The translations under genes were made by a program, and so were the position numbers. DNA of 63,070 nt, counting the filler, from Collodictyon triciliatum (Eukaryota): assembly GCA_043381765.1 (NCBI GenBank). It is 4 parts of 4 records of this genome, joined end to end, with 100 filler letters (N's around TTAATTAATTAA, not from the genome) between each part and the next. Parts side by side here need not be neighbours in the genome. Positions count along the whole stretch, not along the records: positions 15,037 to 29,968 come from JBHJMP010001753.1; positions 30,069 to 48,059 come from JBHJMP010001754.1; 2 more parts are not named here. The stretch is one strand, 5' to 3'. Every line of letters starts with the position of its first letter. Positions within the stretch are counted from its first letter, which is position 1. Under the pieces are notes generated by a model that worked only from the letters and a program-made list of their open reading frames with translations, did no database searches and was not told where the DNA came from. This document shows, one piece after another, positions 21,387 to 36,300 of this stretch.

Positions 21387-24300
21387 TGAAAATGTGCGAT
21401 TAGAAAAAAAATAATCGGATAATTGCAAATAATTATTTAACACAAGAGAGAGGGAGAAAAACAAAAGGTAAAGATTTGTCTGTGAATAAATACCAGTATT
21501 TGATCAAAGGAATATATCCATTTAACGATTAGAATATTTTCTTTCGACGGAACGGGTTGAACTGTTTATTGATATCAAACCGTGGATTAGAAAAACTTGC
21601 AACAATAAGCAAGGGGCCGTTAAGTTTCTTTGGTATGGCAGATATTGCAATTACGCATGACTAGATGCGCCGAATCTATTAGGAGAAATCTTTGGTTCGG
21701 TTCATGAGCAGGACATGTAATGGTACACTCAATCATGTCCTTCTCTGCACAATAATTAAGAACTTGATTATTGAAAATGGTCGATGGATACAGCTACTAT
21801 TAGGAAATCAGCAATTATGAATTTGATGTATAAAGTGACGTGGATAATTAGTATGAGATATGTATATAATTAACATACTGTGCTCTATCATATCACCGAC
21901 TTTGAAGTTTGCATTAGAACCAGGATAAGGGAGCATATTTTCCGATAGTCCATTGATAAATAATTTCATTCGGCGATGTATGAGAAAGATCTAGTTTTTG
22001 ATATTATTAAAAAGGGAGAATAGTAATTATGTAGTATAATATAGCATCTTATTCTAGGAATATCTATTGAAGCTAGCACTATTAATACAGTCTAAAAATA
22101 GGTACAAACCCTGACAGTTTTCTGGGCTAATTCTGATGTGGTCAGAGCCCTTCTCGTGGTATCTAAGTTTCATTAATTTTTTTTAAAAAAAAAATACGAA
22201 TAAGGTGATGACTTTTTCTGACGTATATCAACATAGATTATCCCATCATACATTTCTTTATTATTTATATATCCTCCTACTCGTTAATTTTTTGAGTGGG
22301 AAAAAAAATCACATCATATAGAGTAGATATTGCTTTAGACGAAAGAAACGATCAAGATGAATCATGTAAAACCTTTTGGGACAGGTTTAGCCTCTTGTGG
22401 CGCGCAATACGTTGTTGAGGAATTCGAAGCAAGTTTGAAGGAGAAAGCTGTTGGAATATAAACAAATAGATATAGTTAATAGCCAGCTAGCCCAATATCC
22501 TGTCTTCTCATATTTTTCCATCACATAAATTAACTATGCATATTCATAAAATCAATACCAAAACAGGACATACGTTTCATATTCTTATGTTCATGTTCAA
22601 CTATCTCTGATAGAGCGATTCGAATCTCACTCCGGTAAAAAAGTTGGAGAATTTCGATACTGCTTCTCATGCATTCCTATGTAGAATATTGTGAATTAAA
22701 TTGTACACTATACTAGGCTTTGGAAGGTAAGTACACTATTAACAAGTTGAAATGAAATGAAATGAAATTGACAAATAAAATTTCTGAACCCAAATATATG
22801 TCAAAGAAAGGACATCAGTGGGTGACGGGAAAAAGTATCATTCGGTTAGTTCATCGATACAGGTATCGGGCTATATTACATCTATAATGGCTGAATGTTC
22901 AGTGGTCAATAGCACACAAACTCCATCCTCTTTGACCAGAAGCTCTCTTAATACGGCCTCGATGGACAATAAGATTGAGATTGATTTTGTCACAGAATAA
23001 ACACCCAATAGATGAGATACAGATTCTTTACAATAGCTCTTTTCTTCTGCCTGTATAACCAAGGACGAAAGTGAGGCTAAAAATCAACAGGTATTGCCAT
23101 TTCGACTACATCTCATTATTGTAAGGAAAACATACAGGTATAAAGGCATCAATATTTTTGTCCTTGATTCCAACATAATCGAGGGGACTGCGGTTTATCA
23201 TCTATTGAATAACAAGATATAGGCAAGATGTAACAAATGATTCACTGAAACAGGAGACTAGAAAAATATTTTTTTATATAAAAGAAAATAAAGGCAAACT
23301 TTTTGAATATACTCCACATATGTATTAACCCGTTCTCCAGTGCTTTCTGAAGATATTTGGGGATCAAATGTATAATAAATTTTGTATATAGGACTATTGG
23401 GATTCGCATGTGATACATCCCTTGATGTAATACGCTCCAATATACGAGACGATGTCTCCTGATAATTTGCGAAAGTGTAAGAATTACTTAAATTTGATAA
23501 GAAACGTCTTTTTTTTTCTTCGTTTTTTCTTATTCAGAGATTCGGTGTCGAGGTAAAATGAAATACATTTTTCTTTTTTGATTCATTTTCTTCATAGAGT
23601 CTTGAGCGCAAGCGAGGTGGAAGTATTCCACAAACTTGCAATACCACTGGATGTATGTATTCGCATTTTATGAAAGCATATAGTAAAAGAATGGTTGCGT
23701 GGACTAGTTGGTCGTCGCTGCTGTTGAGATAAGCAATAAGGGAGTTTCGATAAAGATTGTAATTCCTATTATTCGATTAACTTTGTAAGATCATGCATAT
23801 AATCAAGTAATTTATTGATAGTAGTTAGTCTCGAATAAAAGTATATGAGTAAAACAGGATCAGAAAAAGAAAAAATAAAAATAAAAATAAAAAAAGAGAA
23901 AGGATTGGGTGTTTAAATTTATTCGGAGAGTTTATACTTGCATATAGGCATACAATACATACCGTGTGAATGGTATTTCATCTGGATTCTGTTCTGGTGG
24001 AAACAAAGTGTTTGCTATTCAAACCAAAGCTGTTAGGGTGCGTCATCCAAAAAAAAAAAATAATTATTCTTGACAAACGTGAGTGTTGTAAAATAAAAAG
24101 CCATCTATAAATTACTACCATCAATCTTTGGGTGTCTATAGCCAAGCTCACATGAAGAGGGTGGTGGCGTGACTTTAATTGAAGGGCATTTTTTCGACAG
24201 AAGGACCATAGCTAGCATATTAACAGCTTCACTTGATTGTATCAGACTGACAACCTAAGTTGTACCCATAGCAGATTTTAATATCTTTAATTTTAGTATC

Positions 24301-26672
24301 GTTCGAGTGGAAAAAAAAAAAAGAAAAAAAAAAGGGACATCCAACAGGTAGCTAGATAAATAATAATTTTAGCATCAAATCGAAATTAAATAAACCTGAA
24401 TCAAACTTGATATTGCCACCACAGGTGACAGATAGCTTGGAGATGTATTTACCTAAATATACATTTCATGAAATAATATACATGTGAGCTAAATATGTAA
24501 ATAAAAATGTTCTCCATAATTAGAGTTTTGATCTGTGTTTACTTTGAAGTTCAAGAATATATATTATATTAAAGTTTTAATGTTTTCCTTCTTTGTGATC
24601 TACATGAAAAAAAATTGACTGGATCTGTTACCTCCATTCGGGTAGTAGATAGGGTAGGAGATGAAGGCTCTGATTTGATTCTCAGAAGTAAAGACAAAGA
24701 CATGGACCGATATTCTTTGAACGAGTTTGCATGGGGGGATATTGTTGAATGAGAAGAACCAGATGGTGAATAATTCACATTGGAGGGTTGTCCAATTGAC
24801 GACACAAGCACAGGAAGGCTGAAATGATACAGAATGTAATCCACAAGGATGAATATCATCCCAGGAACTTCAGTATCGATTATATCGTTCACATAGTATA
24901 TGATGTCGATTAGCTCAGCATAGTGGTCCTTGTATCGTGTTGTTCCGTTTTGCCTTGATGAGATATTTAAGTGGTCTCATAATATATCACATTACAGTTA
25001 TATCCTTCATTCCATATCGATATCGATATATAAATACTTTGGGATACCCTACTGGCGTCCGAAATGAGTGAACAAAGAAATTATTCTTTATGTACTATTT
25101 TTTCTGCTGCAGAAAATACCTGTCCATCCAAAAAGCATTTTCCAGCCGAGCATGCAGTGTCCGCAAGTACCAGATAAGATTAAGAAAATATATTGCTGTT
25201 CTTGGATGAATAAGAAATGCTTTCAAGTCGTCATTGCTCACTATACCAAAAAAAAAATTGTAAAATTTTATGATGTTAATAATCGTAAAAACTATATAAT
25301 ATCACTATGAATGTGAAAGGATATATATGTTGAAATAACTTGATAGAAGAAAAAAAAATCGTATGAAAAAAAAATATTATCAAGAACAGTGTGCCTTCAT
25401 AGAATTATCAAGTAATGGGGGGAAAAAACCTTTGAATATGTTTAAAGTGAGTGTACGCACACCGATCCGAACCATATTTTCTGAATGATTGAAAAGTCGA
25501 ACAGCTTCGTGATACAAAGGAAATGGATATTCCTTTTCCTGTGGATATATAATGTCAAAAACTTCAGTTCGATAAACAAGCACTGATAATGGACGACTGA
25601 AAGAAATAGAACAAACACAAGAACAATCAGTAGAATAGTTCAAGTTTATGTTTCAATATGAATGAGATAAGAAATTATCAACATGAAAGCTACCAAGTTA
25701 AAGAAATAAGCCACAGATATTTGGTTCAGTCTAAGCGATGCATTTTTTAAAAGGGTCACGTATAAAGCCAAGGTTTCTTCATCACTAAGGTCGAACTTGT
25801 GTTGAATAACTTCATTCAATCGATTCTCGGAGAGCATATATGCTAGAAAAATATAATTTTACTAGATTTACTCGGCAAGTAAATCAGCTAATCATAGAAA
25901 GATCACAAAAAAAGAATTAAAAGGGATTATTCAGATATCTTGAAGAAAATCCGTAATAAGGAAAGGATTATTTCATTTACATATACAACTTTCAGTCTTC
26001 ATATTGTCGAAAAGCATCGATATTGTCTGTAGAACTTGAAACTTCACCGCCCTGTTTGTATTCTTGCGCAAGATCTCGATGAAAATCATGAATATAGATT
26101 TTTCGAGAAAAAACCTAGAAAAGAATCGGTGATTAGCCCAGGGCTTTTTCTTTTTCTTTTTCAATTTCTCTTCTTCTCTGTCTCTTTTTTAAGTTGATGC
26201 TATTTAAAACAAAATAAATATAATCGAATTCAAGGCTAAATATCTGTGAGAGTCATAAATAAAGTAGAGGCGAACTAAGAGAGTACAATGAGATCAATAC
26301 CGAATTATCAAAGGATCATTCCGATCGGCCCACAAAAGTACTTCGGTAGTTGTGCGAATATTATCAATTAAAGAGCTTCGATTGTATTCTGTGGCGATGA
26401 TATTGCGGGCAAGTTGCAAGTGAAGGTATCTTGCGAATTAATATCAATCTTAGTTTTAGAATCTGGAGCGTCTTTGTCAGTTGTAGTCATGGTTATGGTT
26501 GGAAAAGTTAGCTGAGTTTAAGTAACATAAAATAAGTGTTGAGAGGAATCAAGTGGACAATATAAAATTTCAGATCTAGAAAAAAAATAATTAGATCTAT
26601 TTACTGTATTTGCTCAAATGAAAACTTGACCCGGGGGCGAAATATCCCGTCCACTACAGATCGCAGCGACAT
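20735..26672 (-). CDS. CLEC16A: CLEC16A/GOP-1/TT9 family (FPL domain) endolysosomal-autophagy protein
   Basis: Exons give KFSFEQIQYLH, TEVLLWADRND, FFLEKSIF, VKFQVLQTISMLFDN, SENRLNEVIQHKFDLSDEETLALYVTLLKNASLRLN and FPLYHEAVRLFNHSENMVRIGVRTLTLNIFK. Start at 26672; inferred last exon ...DDSQDLS* (TAG 20735-20737). Confidence 0.9.
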
Positions 26673-26728
26673 CGCCAGCTGAAACTGCCTAACAGGGCGC
26701 TACAAACCTATATGTAGAAGTCAACAAG

Positions 26729-26764
<36 letters not shown>

Positions 26765-26876
26765 GCAATGGAAGCTCCTCTAGGTAACTGTGATTCTTTA
26801 AAAAAAAAAAATGGCAAGCTCTTCAGAGCATCGTATCAGGATTTATTTCGCCGTCTCTGAACGGAGAAATGGAATA

Positions 26877-26972
<96 letters not shown>

Positions 26973-27441
26973 ATAGCTATCCCGCAGAAGACACAGTTCA
27001 GCTAAGAACCGCAAGGTTTCCAAACCAACAACCGTTCCTTGGTACAGGACAGACAGCTCGAAAAGGGAGTGTCAATGGTTTCGCAAATAAAGGATGTGGT
27101 AGTCCCTTTTCGCTCACCACAATCCGGAGCGCATGGTAGGAGGGTTGGCTGGACGTGCAGGCAGCAGACTCTGCTGTTGTGTTCTTTGCGATTTACCCCC
27201 ATTGATCTTCAGAATAGGAAGGATTGATTCCGCAGCACATTCCTGGTCTATCCTGTTGATTTGTTTTATCCAATTGTGGAAAATAAAGATTGCGGTGAGA
27301 TCCGAGAACTAGTTCGCCGTTCAGCGCAGGTGAAGTGTGTGGCATGCAGCAGGCAGAAGAGTTTGGTGAAGAACTTTTATTCAACTCCGGCAGGCGGCTC
27401 CAGGATGAACTTTACAGACACGCAAGACGAGGTCGGCTCGT

Positions 27442-27763
27442 TTATTCCTTCTTGACGGCGGTCTTGTTTCCCTTGCGGGCGAAGCGAAGGTTGCGGAGGA
27501 ACTTGGGGTCCATCTAATTACAGGCGTGTGATTAGCGTCGGAAGATCAAAGAACTAGGACTGCTACGCAGTGAAGCATGAGAGGGAGATCTGACTGTAAA
27601 TGGTCAAATAGAAATGTCTGCAAGCGAAGGAAATGGAAAAGTGCGGATAACGGAATCTTACGCCCTTGGTGGAGGAGTACTTCTGCTCCTTGGGTCTCTT
27701 GATACCGTTGCGGTGGGCCTTGCGGATTTGGTTGTGGTTGGTGTGATTCTTGGACTTGGCCAT
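27442..27763 (-). CDS. RPL29: 60S ribosomal protein eL29
   Basis: Exon 1 (27662-27763) [34 protein letters not shown], a 148-nt GT-AG intron, then exon 2 (27442-27513) [23 protein letters not shown]. Confidence 0.98.
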
Positions 27764-28350
27764 TTCGACGGGGTCTACGGATCGTGTAATTTTGAGCGAT
27801 CATGTGTTGGGTGAAATTTCGATATAGCAAGGGATTTTACGGCGAGATAACCACGAGTTTCACGATAATAGTATCTCTTTGGTGACAGGTGGTATCGATA
27901 GCACAGTAGAAAAAAAGTCTGTGGTGACCACTGTGGGAGTGAATCCAAGAAATCAGTGCAAGTGTGTCAAAGAGAAGCCGGTGGCTCGGTTGCAAGACTC
28001 GTGCTAGGCCCTCAGTGTGTGAGTGATGGGAGTGTGTTGTTGGTGGAATTGAGATGGAGGTTGAATAGTTCTTCCTCGTGGCAGAATATTGCCATGTCGT
28101 TCTGTTGGGCGCACTTACTGCACTGCGGTCTTGCTTGCGGGGGCGCTGGGGCTTGCGGTGTTGGGTGGCGAGAGGATTTGTGGTTTGCAGCCACACAGCC
28201 CCGAGCAAAATTGTTTTAAGGGCACAAAATAATCTATTCAAATAAGGAAATAGATCGATGTCGCTTTATTTTGTTTCCTCGTCTTTGTCGTGTGCGTCGG
28301 GTTGTTCCTGTTGTTGGGTTCCGGATGGTTCTCGGCGTTTGTGATGTTCT

Positions 28351-29846
28351 TTACGAGTCACCGTCTAGCTTCGCAGGCTCTGATGAGTGGTCAGGCTCTT
28401 CTTTCGCTTCTTTGGCAGATTCCTCTTCCTTGGATTGCTCTTGCATTGGGTCGTCTCCGTTCGTTTCGCCCTTATCCTCGCCCTCCTTATTGTCTCGGCT
28501 GTCATCGCCATCCGCAACTTCCTCATCTCCCACGTCCTCATCTTGGCTCTCTTCCTCGTGCTCCGAGAGATTTCCATCTTTGTTGGGGTCGTTCTTTCGG
28601 TCGTGAAGCTCTTGTAATCTCCTGTTGTATTTCTCGATGATTTCACGGCTGCTCTCTTCCAGCTTCCTAATCTCCTCCATACACTGCTCCTGAAGCCTTT
28701 CCTTTGTCTTCTCGATAAGGTCAGTGGTCTCCTTGCTTGGGTTCTTTGGCATCCAGAAAACTGGCATGGTGCCTTCGGTCTGGATGAAACCAGAGAACCA
28801 TCGGAGTTTCTCCAGCTTGGACTTTTTCTATGTTTGGTGGATTATTATTTCCGTATCACTGGTATTCTAATATTTTTGCGAGATGCGTTTCTACGAGATA
28901 CTGTACTCGTCAAAATTATACATTCACCACAATGAAAATTATTCGAGATTTTATACGCATGATGTTTAAGATAAAGAGGAGGTAGTGAGACGTACCAGGA
29001 AAGCAATCTTTCTCTCTTGATCCAAAATCTTTTTTTCGAGCGAGGTTTGTCTCAACCTAAATCTCTCTTCTCGGATTTTCATGATGTGGGCCTGTTTATC
29101 GATCTCCATCTGTTGCTTTCTTTGTGATTCAATGCTATCCTCCAACTCCTTGCGTTTTTGGCTCTGTGAAGGAATCCATGAGATCGATTGGTAAATTTAA
29201 AAGAATGAAAATGGAAGAAAAAAGACGCAAAGTTTGGAGCTGTTTCAGCCTGGCAGTGGTATAATATGAATAATTCAATCATGATCAATAGGAACTACAG
29301 ACCAGCTCAAGTTGTTTCTGACTGGACAGATCTCTTTGGAACCCTATCAATGTTTTGTTGAGGGAGGAAAATAAACGGCGGGATCTCATCTTCAACTCTT
29401 CAGAGACAACCTGCTCGCTAGCCTGTAACACAAAAACCGGCAGAGTTTATCTAATTCAGAAAGCCACTACGAAAAGTCTTTTTGACATCCTTACGGGTAT
29501 ATGTATTACATTATCATGTAATTTTGATAAAAATATCAGAAACCTTTTTCTCCTCTAAGGTTTGAGTTTTCTCAACTTTAGCTTCCTTGGCCGGCCTGAT
29601 CACAGTGGACATCAACTCACCTCGGCTTTCTCCTCGCCCATGATCTATTCTTCGTCGGTAATTAGACGTTGCACGCTCATCGTCATGATACCGCTTGAAA
29701 GAGGAGCGATATTCACCTCTTTCAGGTCTATCCCTTTCGTTACTACAAAGTGTATTAGCGACTTTCAATTTTCTTCGGGCTCCATTCGTCGTTTTATCAT
29801 GGTCGATGTATAAATGTATTATTGTTAGCCGTCTTATGTTTTCCAC
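28351..29846 (-). CDS. PNN: Pinin/SDK/MemA family protein (5' end uncertain, next to contig end)
   Basis: Exons give KMRSRRLFSSLNKTLIGFQRD, a charged coiled coil, GFIQTEGTMPVFWMPK and an acidic tail. This matches the pinin RNRRMFGxLxGTLxxF and FIRTxxxPxIxxxP motifs. Confidence 0.75.
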
Positions 29847-29879
29847 ATTTTTTTAGTAAAAGATAGTCATGTTTTTTTT

Positions 29880-29968
<89 letters not shown>

Positions 29969-30068
29969 NNNNNNNNNNNNNNNNNNNNNNNNNNNNNNNN
30001 NNNNNNNNNNNNTTAATTAATTAANNNNNNNNNNNNNNNNNNNNNNNNNNNNNNNNNNNNNNNNNNNN
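29969..30068. other. Artificial contig spacer (44 N + TTAATTAATTAA + 44 N)
   Basis: Same 100-nt structure as 14937-15036. Confidence 0.97.
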
Positions 30069-30098
30069 AAAAAAAGAAAAAGAAAAAAAAGAAAAGAA

Positions 30099-30203
<105 letters not shown>

Positions 30204-30380
30204 AGACAAAAAACAAGAAAAAGAAAAGACACGAGGAAAATTAGGTAGTTAAATTAAAAAAAAAAAGGATAGAAGACAATAAGAGAAACTGAAAAAATAA
30301 CCCCAACAAAGGACATTACTTGGAGTAAAGACGCACAACGACCCACCCAGAGAACATTGACAGCCTGAAAGCTCGGACCC

Positions 30381-33300
30381 ATGCAAAATATTCAGTTCAG
30401 CGCCGAAAGCATGACAGAACCACACACGTCAGCCAACAAGAGCGATCGACGAGAGGAGCAAAGGTATCAAAATGGACTCTCTCTCCTCCTCTTTTACACA
30501 TCAAAGTCATTTTCTTCTCTACCACCCTCTTTTTGATGTCCACTCAGTGCCTGACTTGCACTCGAAGAAACCCTTCCTCAGAGGCCCACCAAAACGACCG
30601 GATTCTCCACTTCTAATCGCCTCGCAGTTATTTTCATGATCCCTTGACACCAATATATAAATTGTTTTTTTTTTTTTTCACTAAGGGCGAATGGCTTTAC
30701 GCAACCTCAAACTCAATTCGATGATTCCGGGGAGAGTTTGCATCAAGGCAGGACTGTATCATCAGTGGGATATGGGGCATTTATCCCTTCGGCAGCTTCG
30801 ATGTTTGTGCATAAGAGCATGCCGCTCTATCAAACTATCGCCCTTCCGTCTCCAAGCTCATCTCCACCACCGTCTGGGTCTCGGTCGCCTCTCTCGTCTC
30901 CAATTTCATCATCTGAAATGTCTTCCTCCTTCACAAAATCAGGAGCGTCTTTAGATTCACATTCTAAAGCCCCAGCACCTTATTTCCCATCTCAACATCA
31001 CTTTATCCGTGGGGCCGAGTCTGATTCTTATAATGGAACGGCTTCGAAGCCATGTGGTTCATTTTCTGTCTCTCGCAATCTGTTTGTGTCACACTTGGCC
31101 GATGTTCACGACAAAAGAGGCACAGAAAGTCTGAAAACTGACTCTTTGCAATCGGATGTGCGTGGTAGTGGCCACATGACCACACCAAAGAAGCAATCAA
31201 GCCACTCTGAATCGTCCATGTCCTTTCAACTTTCGCCTGTTTCTACTATCCAGCATTCTGCTCCATCTGAGAATCCATCTCAAAAGGTTCTGAGTAAAAA
31301 CCTGCAAATCCGAACTACCTAATGGAATTGGCGTTTCCTAATCCATCATCTTTTCGACTTTATGAAAATTAATTCTCATCTCACTAAGTTTCTTGAATAG
31401 AAATCACCCCGAGACATCCACACAAAGGCTACTGCAACTGTGACACAGCTCCAAAAAAAGTTTGAGGAAGTTGTCAACCTGCAACGAGAATTAGATTTGG
31501 AGAGCAGGGCTAGATTTAATGCTGAAAGACAAATAGGGGACTTAGAAATAAAATACGGCTCATTACAGAACGAGTATGAGTCGCTCAAGATTAGGGTATA
31601 TATCCTGTTTTATCTTAATTATTTATATCTTGCAATACAAAATTCTACTTCTTTCGCTTAAATAAGATATTGTCTGAAAATGTCAATGAGTGTAAGTTGT
31701 TTTGATGACGATATTCTCTAATGTATGGTTATATTCGCATTTTTCTATCACCATTACTCAAAGCCTCCAATTTATTTTACTTTTGAAATTGCATAATTGA
31801 AGCACATACATACATAAATAGTTTCAAGAGAAGTCTGTGGAATTGGATTTAGCTCAAGTCCAATTGTCGTCAATAAGAAACTCTTCAAAAGAGGACTTTG
31901 GAACTCAACTCCTGCAACCTAGTGATGCAAAATCATCCCAAAAGGTCTAAAAAAATCTCGTTATTACTTATTTTCCATCAAGAGCAAACAATTTGTTATA
32001 TTTCAACAAATTTTTGAATATATATGACTATGTTATAACATCTATATTATGGCTATATTTACTCCATTCTGTATATTTCCATCTTGCCTGGTACAAAATA
32101 GTTCCAAAATATGGAGCTTGCTTACCAAGGATTAGTTTTCGAGAATCAGACCCTATCTGATCAAATTCGAGATTTAGAGGCTTACTGCGAGGTTTTTTTC
32201 TCAATTTTTTTTCTTTGCTTACTGACCGATTATGAATTAACTCTGAAACTTTGCATGAATGCTTTTCCATTTATTTATTTGGAAACAAACCTTATTCATA
32301 TATTATTCTAATTTAGAAAATGCGTCTTACGTGTAACGATGAAGTAATAATAATCGTCATTAAATATAATCCATTTTGTTACATTTTCCTTTATCGAATG
32401 ATTTTAAACCAAAGATACTGCCAGGAGCTGTACCATCAACTTACTACATCAGTTTTGAATGATTTTTATTGTACGCGCTGATAGAAGTAAATTTTCTGCG
32501 TCAGGTTTCTCAGTCAGTTGAGAGGATGAAGGGGTTGGAAAGTCAGTTGAATCAATATAAAGCCAGGTAAGAAAACGATTTCATGTTGTCAACGAACTAA
32601 AACATTACGAGATATTTGAGAAATATGCGACATGAATTTAAATGTACATATATCCTGAAACCAGAGAAATTGTAATGCGTAAGGAGATAGAAGACATGCA
32701 GAGCCACGCGGTGAAACAGTACAATGCGGAGGTTCAATTAGACATATCATCCTTAAAAATGGAACTGAATTCAGTGCATGAACAAAATAGCGTTGTAAGT
32801 ATATTCGAACGTAGAAAATAGCGAATTGTATGTAGTACTTGTTGATTTTTTTTTTTAAAAAAAAGAGATGTAATACAATTTATTATTTCTGGGTACAGTT
32901 TTTCTTCAAAAAAAATGTTAATTTGTTCCGATTCTTTTAGTCTGAGAAAATTATTGTAGAACTGCGTGAGGAATGTCAGCGTTTGGTAAACTGACATACT
33001 TGAGTAAATTTGAGCAATTTTTTATATCACAGTGGTCGGAATTTTACTTACATTCATGTGTTTGACTGCAGAAGCAAGAAAGCAACCTTCTGAGAGAGCA
33101 AATGCGCCATGCACTGATGATGAAAAATGAGCTTGCACCGAAAGATGGAGTTAGTGAAGAAAACTATATTCAATTAAAAACTGCTCTTGTGGAATCATCG
33201 CAAAGAGAAAGCGAATTAAGACAGGCAGCGCACCAGATGGAGGTGAGTATATATAATGATATTTATTTTTTCTTATGAGCTAACGAATGGATACTTTTAG

Positions 33301-36300
33301 TGCTATATAAGTGACATCATAGAGGAAATGCGTAAAATTGATTCGCAATACGAAGAAAATATTCGTTTGAAGGACCAAACCATCGAAGCTCTACGAGAGG
33401 ACCTAAATGTAACCAGATACAGCCTCTTAATGATAAATCACAATGCTAAGGATATGCACTTTGTTGTCTTTAATAGAAAGACCCATTCGTAGAAATTATC
33501 CTCACACATAATTCCTGTTATTGAGTGGCTAATCTCAGGATATATAGCATTTAGAATCATCAAAATCTCAACAAGTAGAGAAAGCAGAATCTGGAATAGA
33601 GAGACTTATCATCCAGTCCGAAAATAAGGAGAGCCTTCTTCTAGAAGAAAGAAAAATTAAAGAGGTAGAAACTTTCTGTCCATGCAAAACACATAAGCAG
33701 ATATACTAAGATATAATCGTTTGCTAATAAAAACTGTACTTGAACAGCGAATTGAGTCAAAGTTAAGGGTACTGGAAGCTGAGATTCAAGCATTTTGTCG
33801 CACTTTGTGCTGCAACGTTGGATTAAAAGAAGGTTTCCTTCAGATGATGCTGAACTCTTTTTTTTTGCGTTCTGTACTATTATAAGTTGAGTGTTTAGAA
33901 TTCGAGGCGAATAAAAATGACATAAATTTTGTCTAATTACAACCACAGCTGACTTTTCACCTTCACTCATGGCCGTAATAATTGATAAAATCACGACCAT
34001 GCGCCACGAGTTAGAAAAGGTATATCCAATATTTTTCGTTATTTGCAACCTTCAGAATGAATTTGTGAGCATCCTTGCTTATAATTAACTGCATCCAGTA
34101 GCGCTTTCTTTTTTTTTTTTTGGCATATACTAAGTAGGTAATGCATTATTAGGCTATGGAAATCAATGGAGTATACAAATCAGAAACTGCCAGTATGGAA
34201 ACAGCTACCCGAAGTGCCATGAACAGCCTTCAATCAAGGGTGAGTGATAAATTTACAGCTGGGATGAAATCAAGTGTAAGAAATCACATGATCTTGCCTA
34301 GTTTTGTACATTGGAAAAAAAAATTGATTTCGGCTATACCATTTAATCTTCAGTTGGAACAAGAAATTGTAAAATCTCGAAAGCTGGAAGATTCTTTGGG
34401 CCAAAAAAACTCTGAATGCCAAGAATTGAACGTAAATATTGCAAGTGTCATAAAAACCAATACGAAAAGATCAATCTTTCATTCGGTCGATATCCTTCCC
34501 TTAGGTGAAATTGAAATCCGCCGTTGATGAACTGCAGTCTCTTAAATCTGACATTGTAGATTTACAGCAGCAGCTTCGTCAGCAAGTATTAGTTTAGATA
34601 ATAATGAAACTCTGAATTTTATATTATTTTTTTTGTCTGTGGCAAGAAATAAACTACAAATAAGTCTTTACGGTCATGCTTTATGAGTTTATGTCTCTTT
34701 AGATTCGTCTAATCGAACTAACTAACTTTAGGCCAACATCGTCGCAGACACATTTAAAACCCAGCTTTCAGAAATTCAAGCGAAGGCCAAACAGCGAGAA
34801 CAACAATTGGAACATGTCATGCAATTGAATCACAAATACGAAGAAATTATCAAGGTTTGTTGTATGTGACATCCTCTATGTTCAGTTTAATTTTTGCACG
34901 CGAAACACGGGTATGAGAACTTGTGCATCCTCTATGTTACCCTAAATTTGCTAGGCGCTATTACTAATATTCTGCTTTCTTTTCTTCGTCTTAGAATCTG
35001 AAATCGGAGGTCCAGCTTTTATCAGGATATGTAGAAAGCGTACTTTTCTTTTTCAAATTAATTAGCATTAGCACTTTTGCGGGTTCTTTTATCATTTATT
35101 ATCTTATCTAAGTAAAAATATAGCTTTCGCATCAAGCACACTCACAAGCACACCCACAAGCACACCCACAAGCACACCCACAAGCACACCCACAAGCACA
35201 CCCACAATCACATTTACAAGCACATCCACAAGCACATCCACAAGCACATCCACAAGCACATCCACAAGCACATCCACAAGCACACCCACAATCACATTTA
35301 CAAGCACATCCACAAGCACATCCACAAGCACATCCACAAGCACATCCACAAACATTTTCACAAGGACATTCACGAGCACATCCACAAGGACATCCACAAG
35401 GACATCCACAGACAAACCTACAAACGTATTCACAGGCACTGAAAGCAGAGCCTCAGCCAAACCAGCTAAGCAAGACACAAACGGAGTTCATTTCGAACAA
35501 ATTACAACACCCCACTGATTCTCATAGCACCCTGTTTGTGAATACTGGGTCGAACAGAGATGTTCAAGAAAGAAACGATGAAGTTGATACAAACAGTTCC
35601 TGTTCGCAGTATCCTATTGAAATTTCACAATTTAATTTGAGTCATAAAAGCCAATCACTGCATTCAAATCCACTGCGGATAGGCCAGTCACCTCCTCACC
35701 ATTCGCAAGATACAAATATCCCCTCATGGACTCAACAGCCGCCAGGGATGCTGCCCAACCACCACGCTCTTGCACAAAATCGAAGCACGAATATTCTCTC
35801 AGGTGGTGAAGTCCTGGGGCCAAACACAAACCCCTTTGACATAGCAAAACCCTCCTATGATTCGCATACCAAGAAGCCACCATCATATCCTCAACCACAT
35901 GCATCATCTTGCGGTAATCCATCCCCATAAAATTTTTTTAACCTTATATTGTTATTTTAAATAGACGTAATTGTGTTAGGTTTTTACCCCACTCTTTGTA
36001 ACCGTATAGCCCATTTTAAATTTTATACATTTATTCATACATTTATTTATTGGTAGAGTCTCAAATGGTTTACCCCGACAGAATACCCAACGAAGATGTT
36101 CCCGCAACAGGTTATTGCATTTTTTTATATTACTCTCAATCGACTATTATCACCAATTCTCTCGCAGTCTCAGACCAAAACGATAAACATTAATATGATA
36201 AAATTGGAGAAAAATGAAAATGAAGAAAACGACAAAATTTAAAAAAATTAAAAGAAATAATAAGGAAGGAAGACGAATCTTTTACGTATTATAATGCATC

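Noticed and set aside
27514-27661. snoRNA in the RPL29 intron, or an ncRNA in the GC-richer 27000-27400 region
   Set aside because: No convincing C/D or H/ACA box pair or recognisable RNA family was seen by eye. An Infernal/Rfam scan would be needed.
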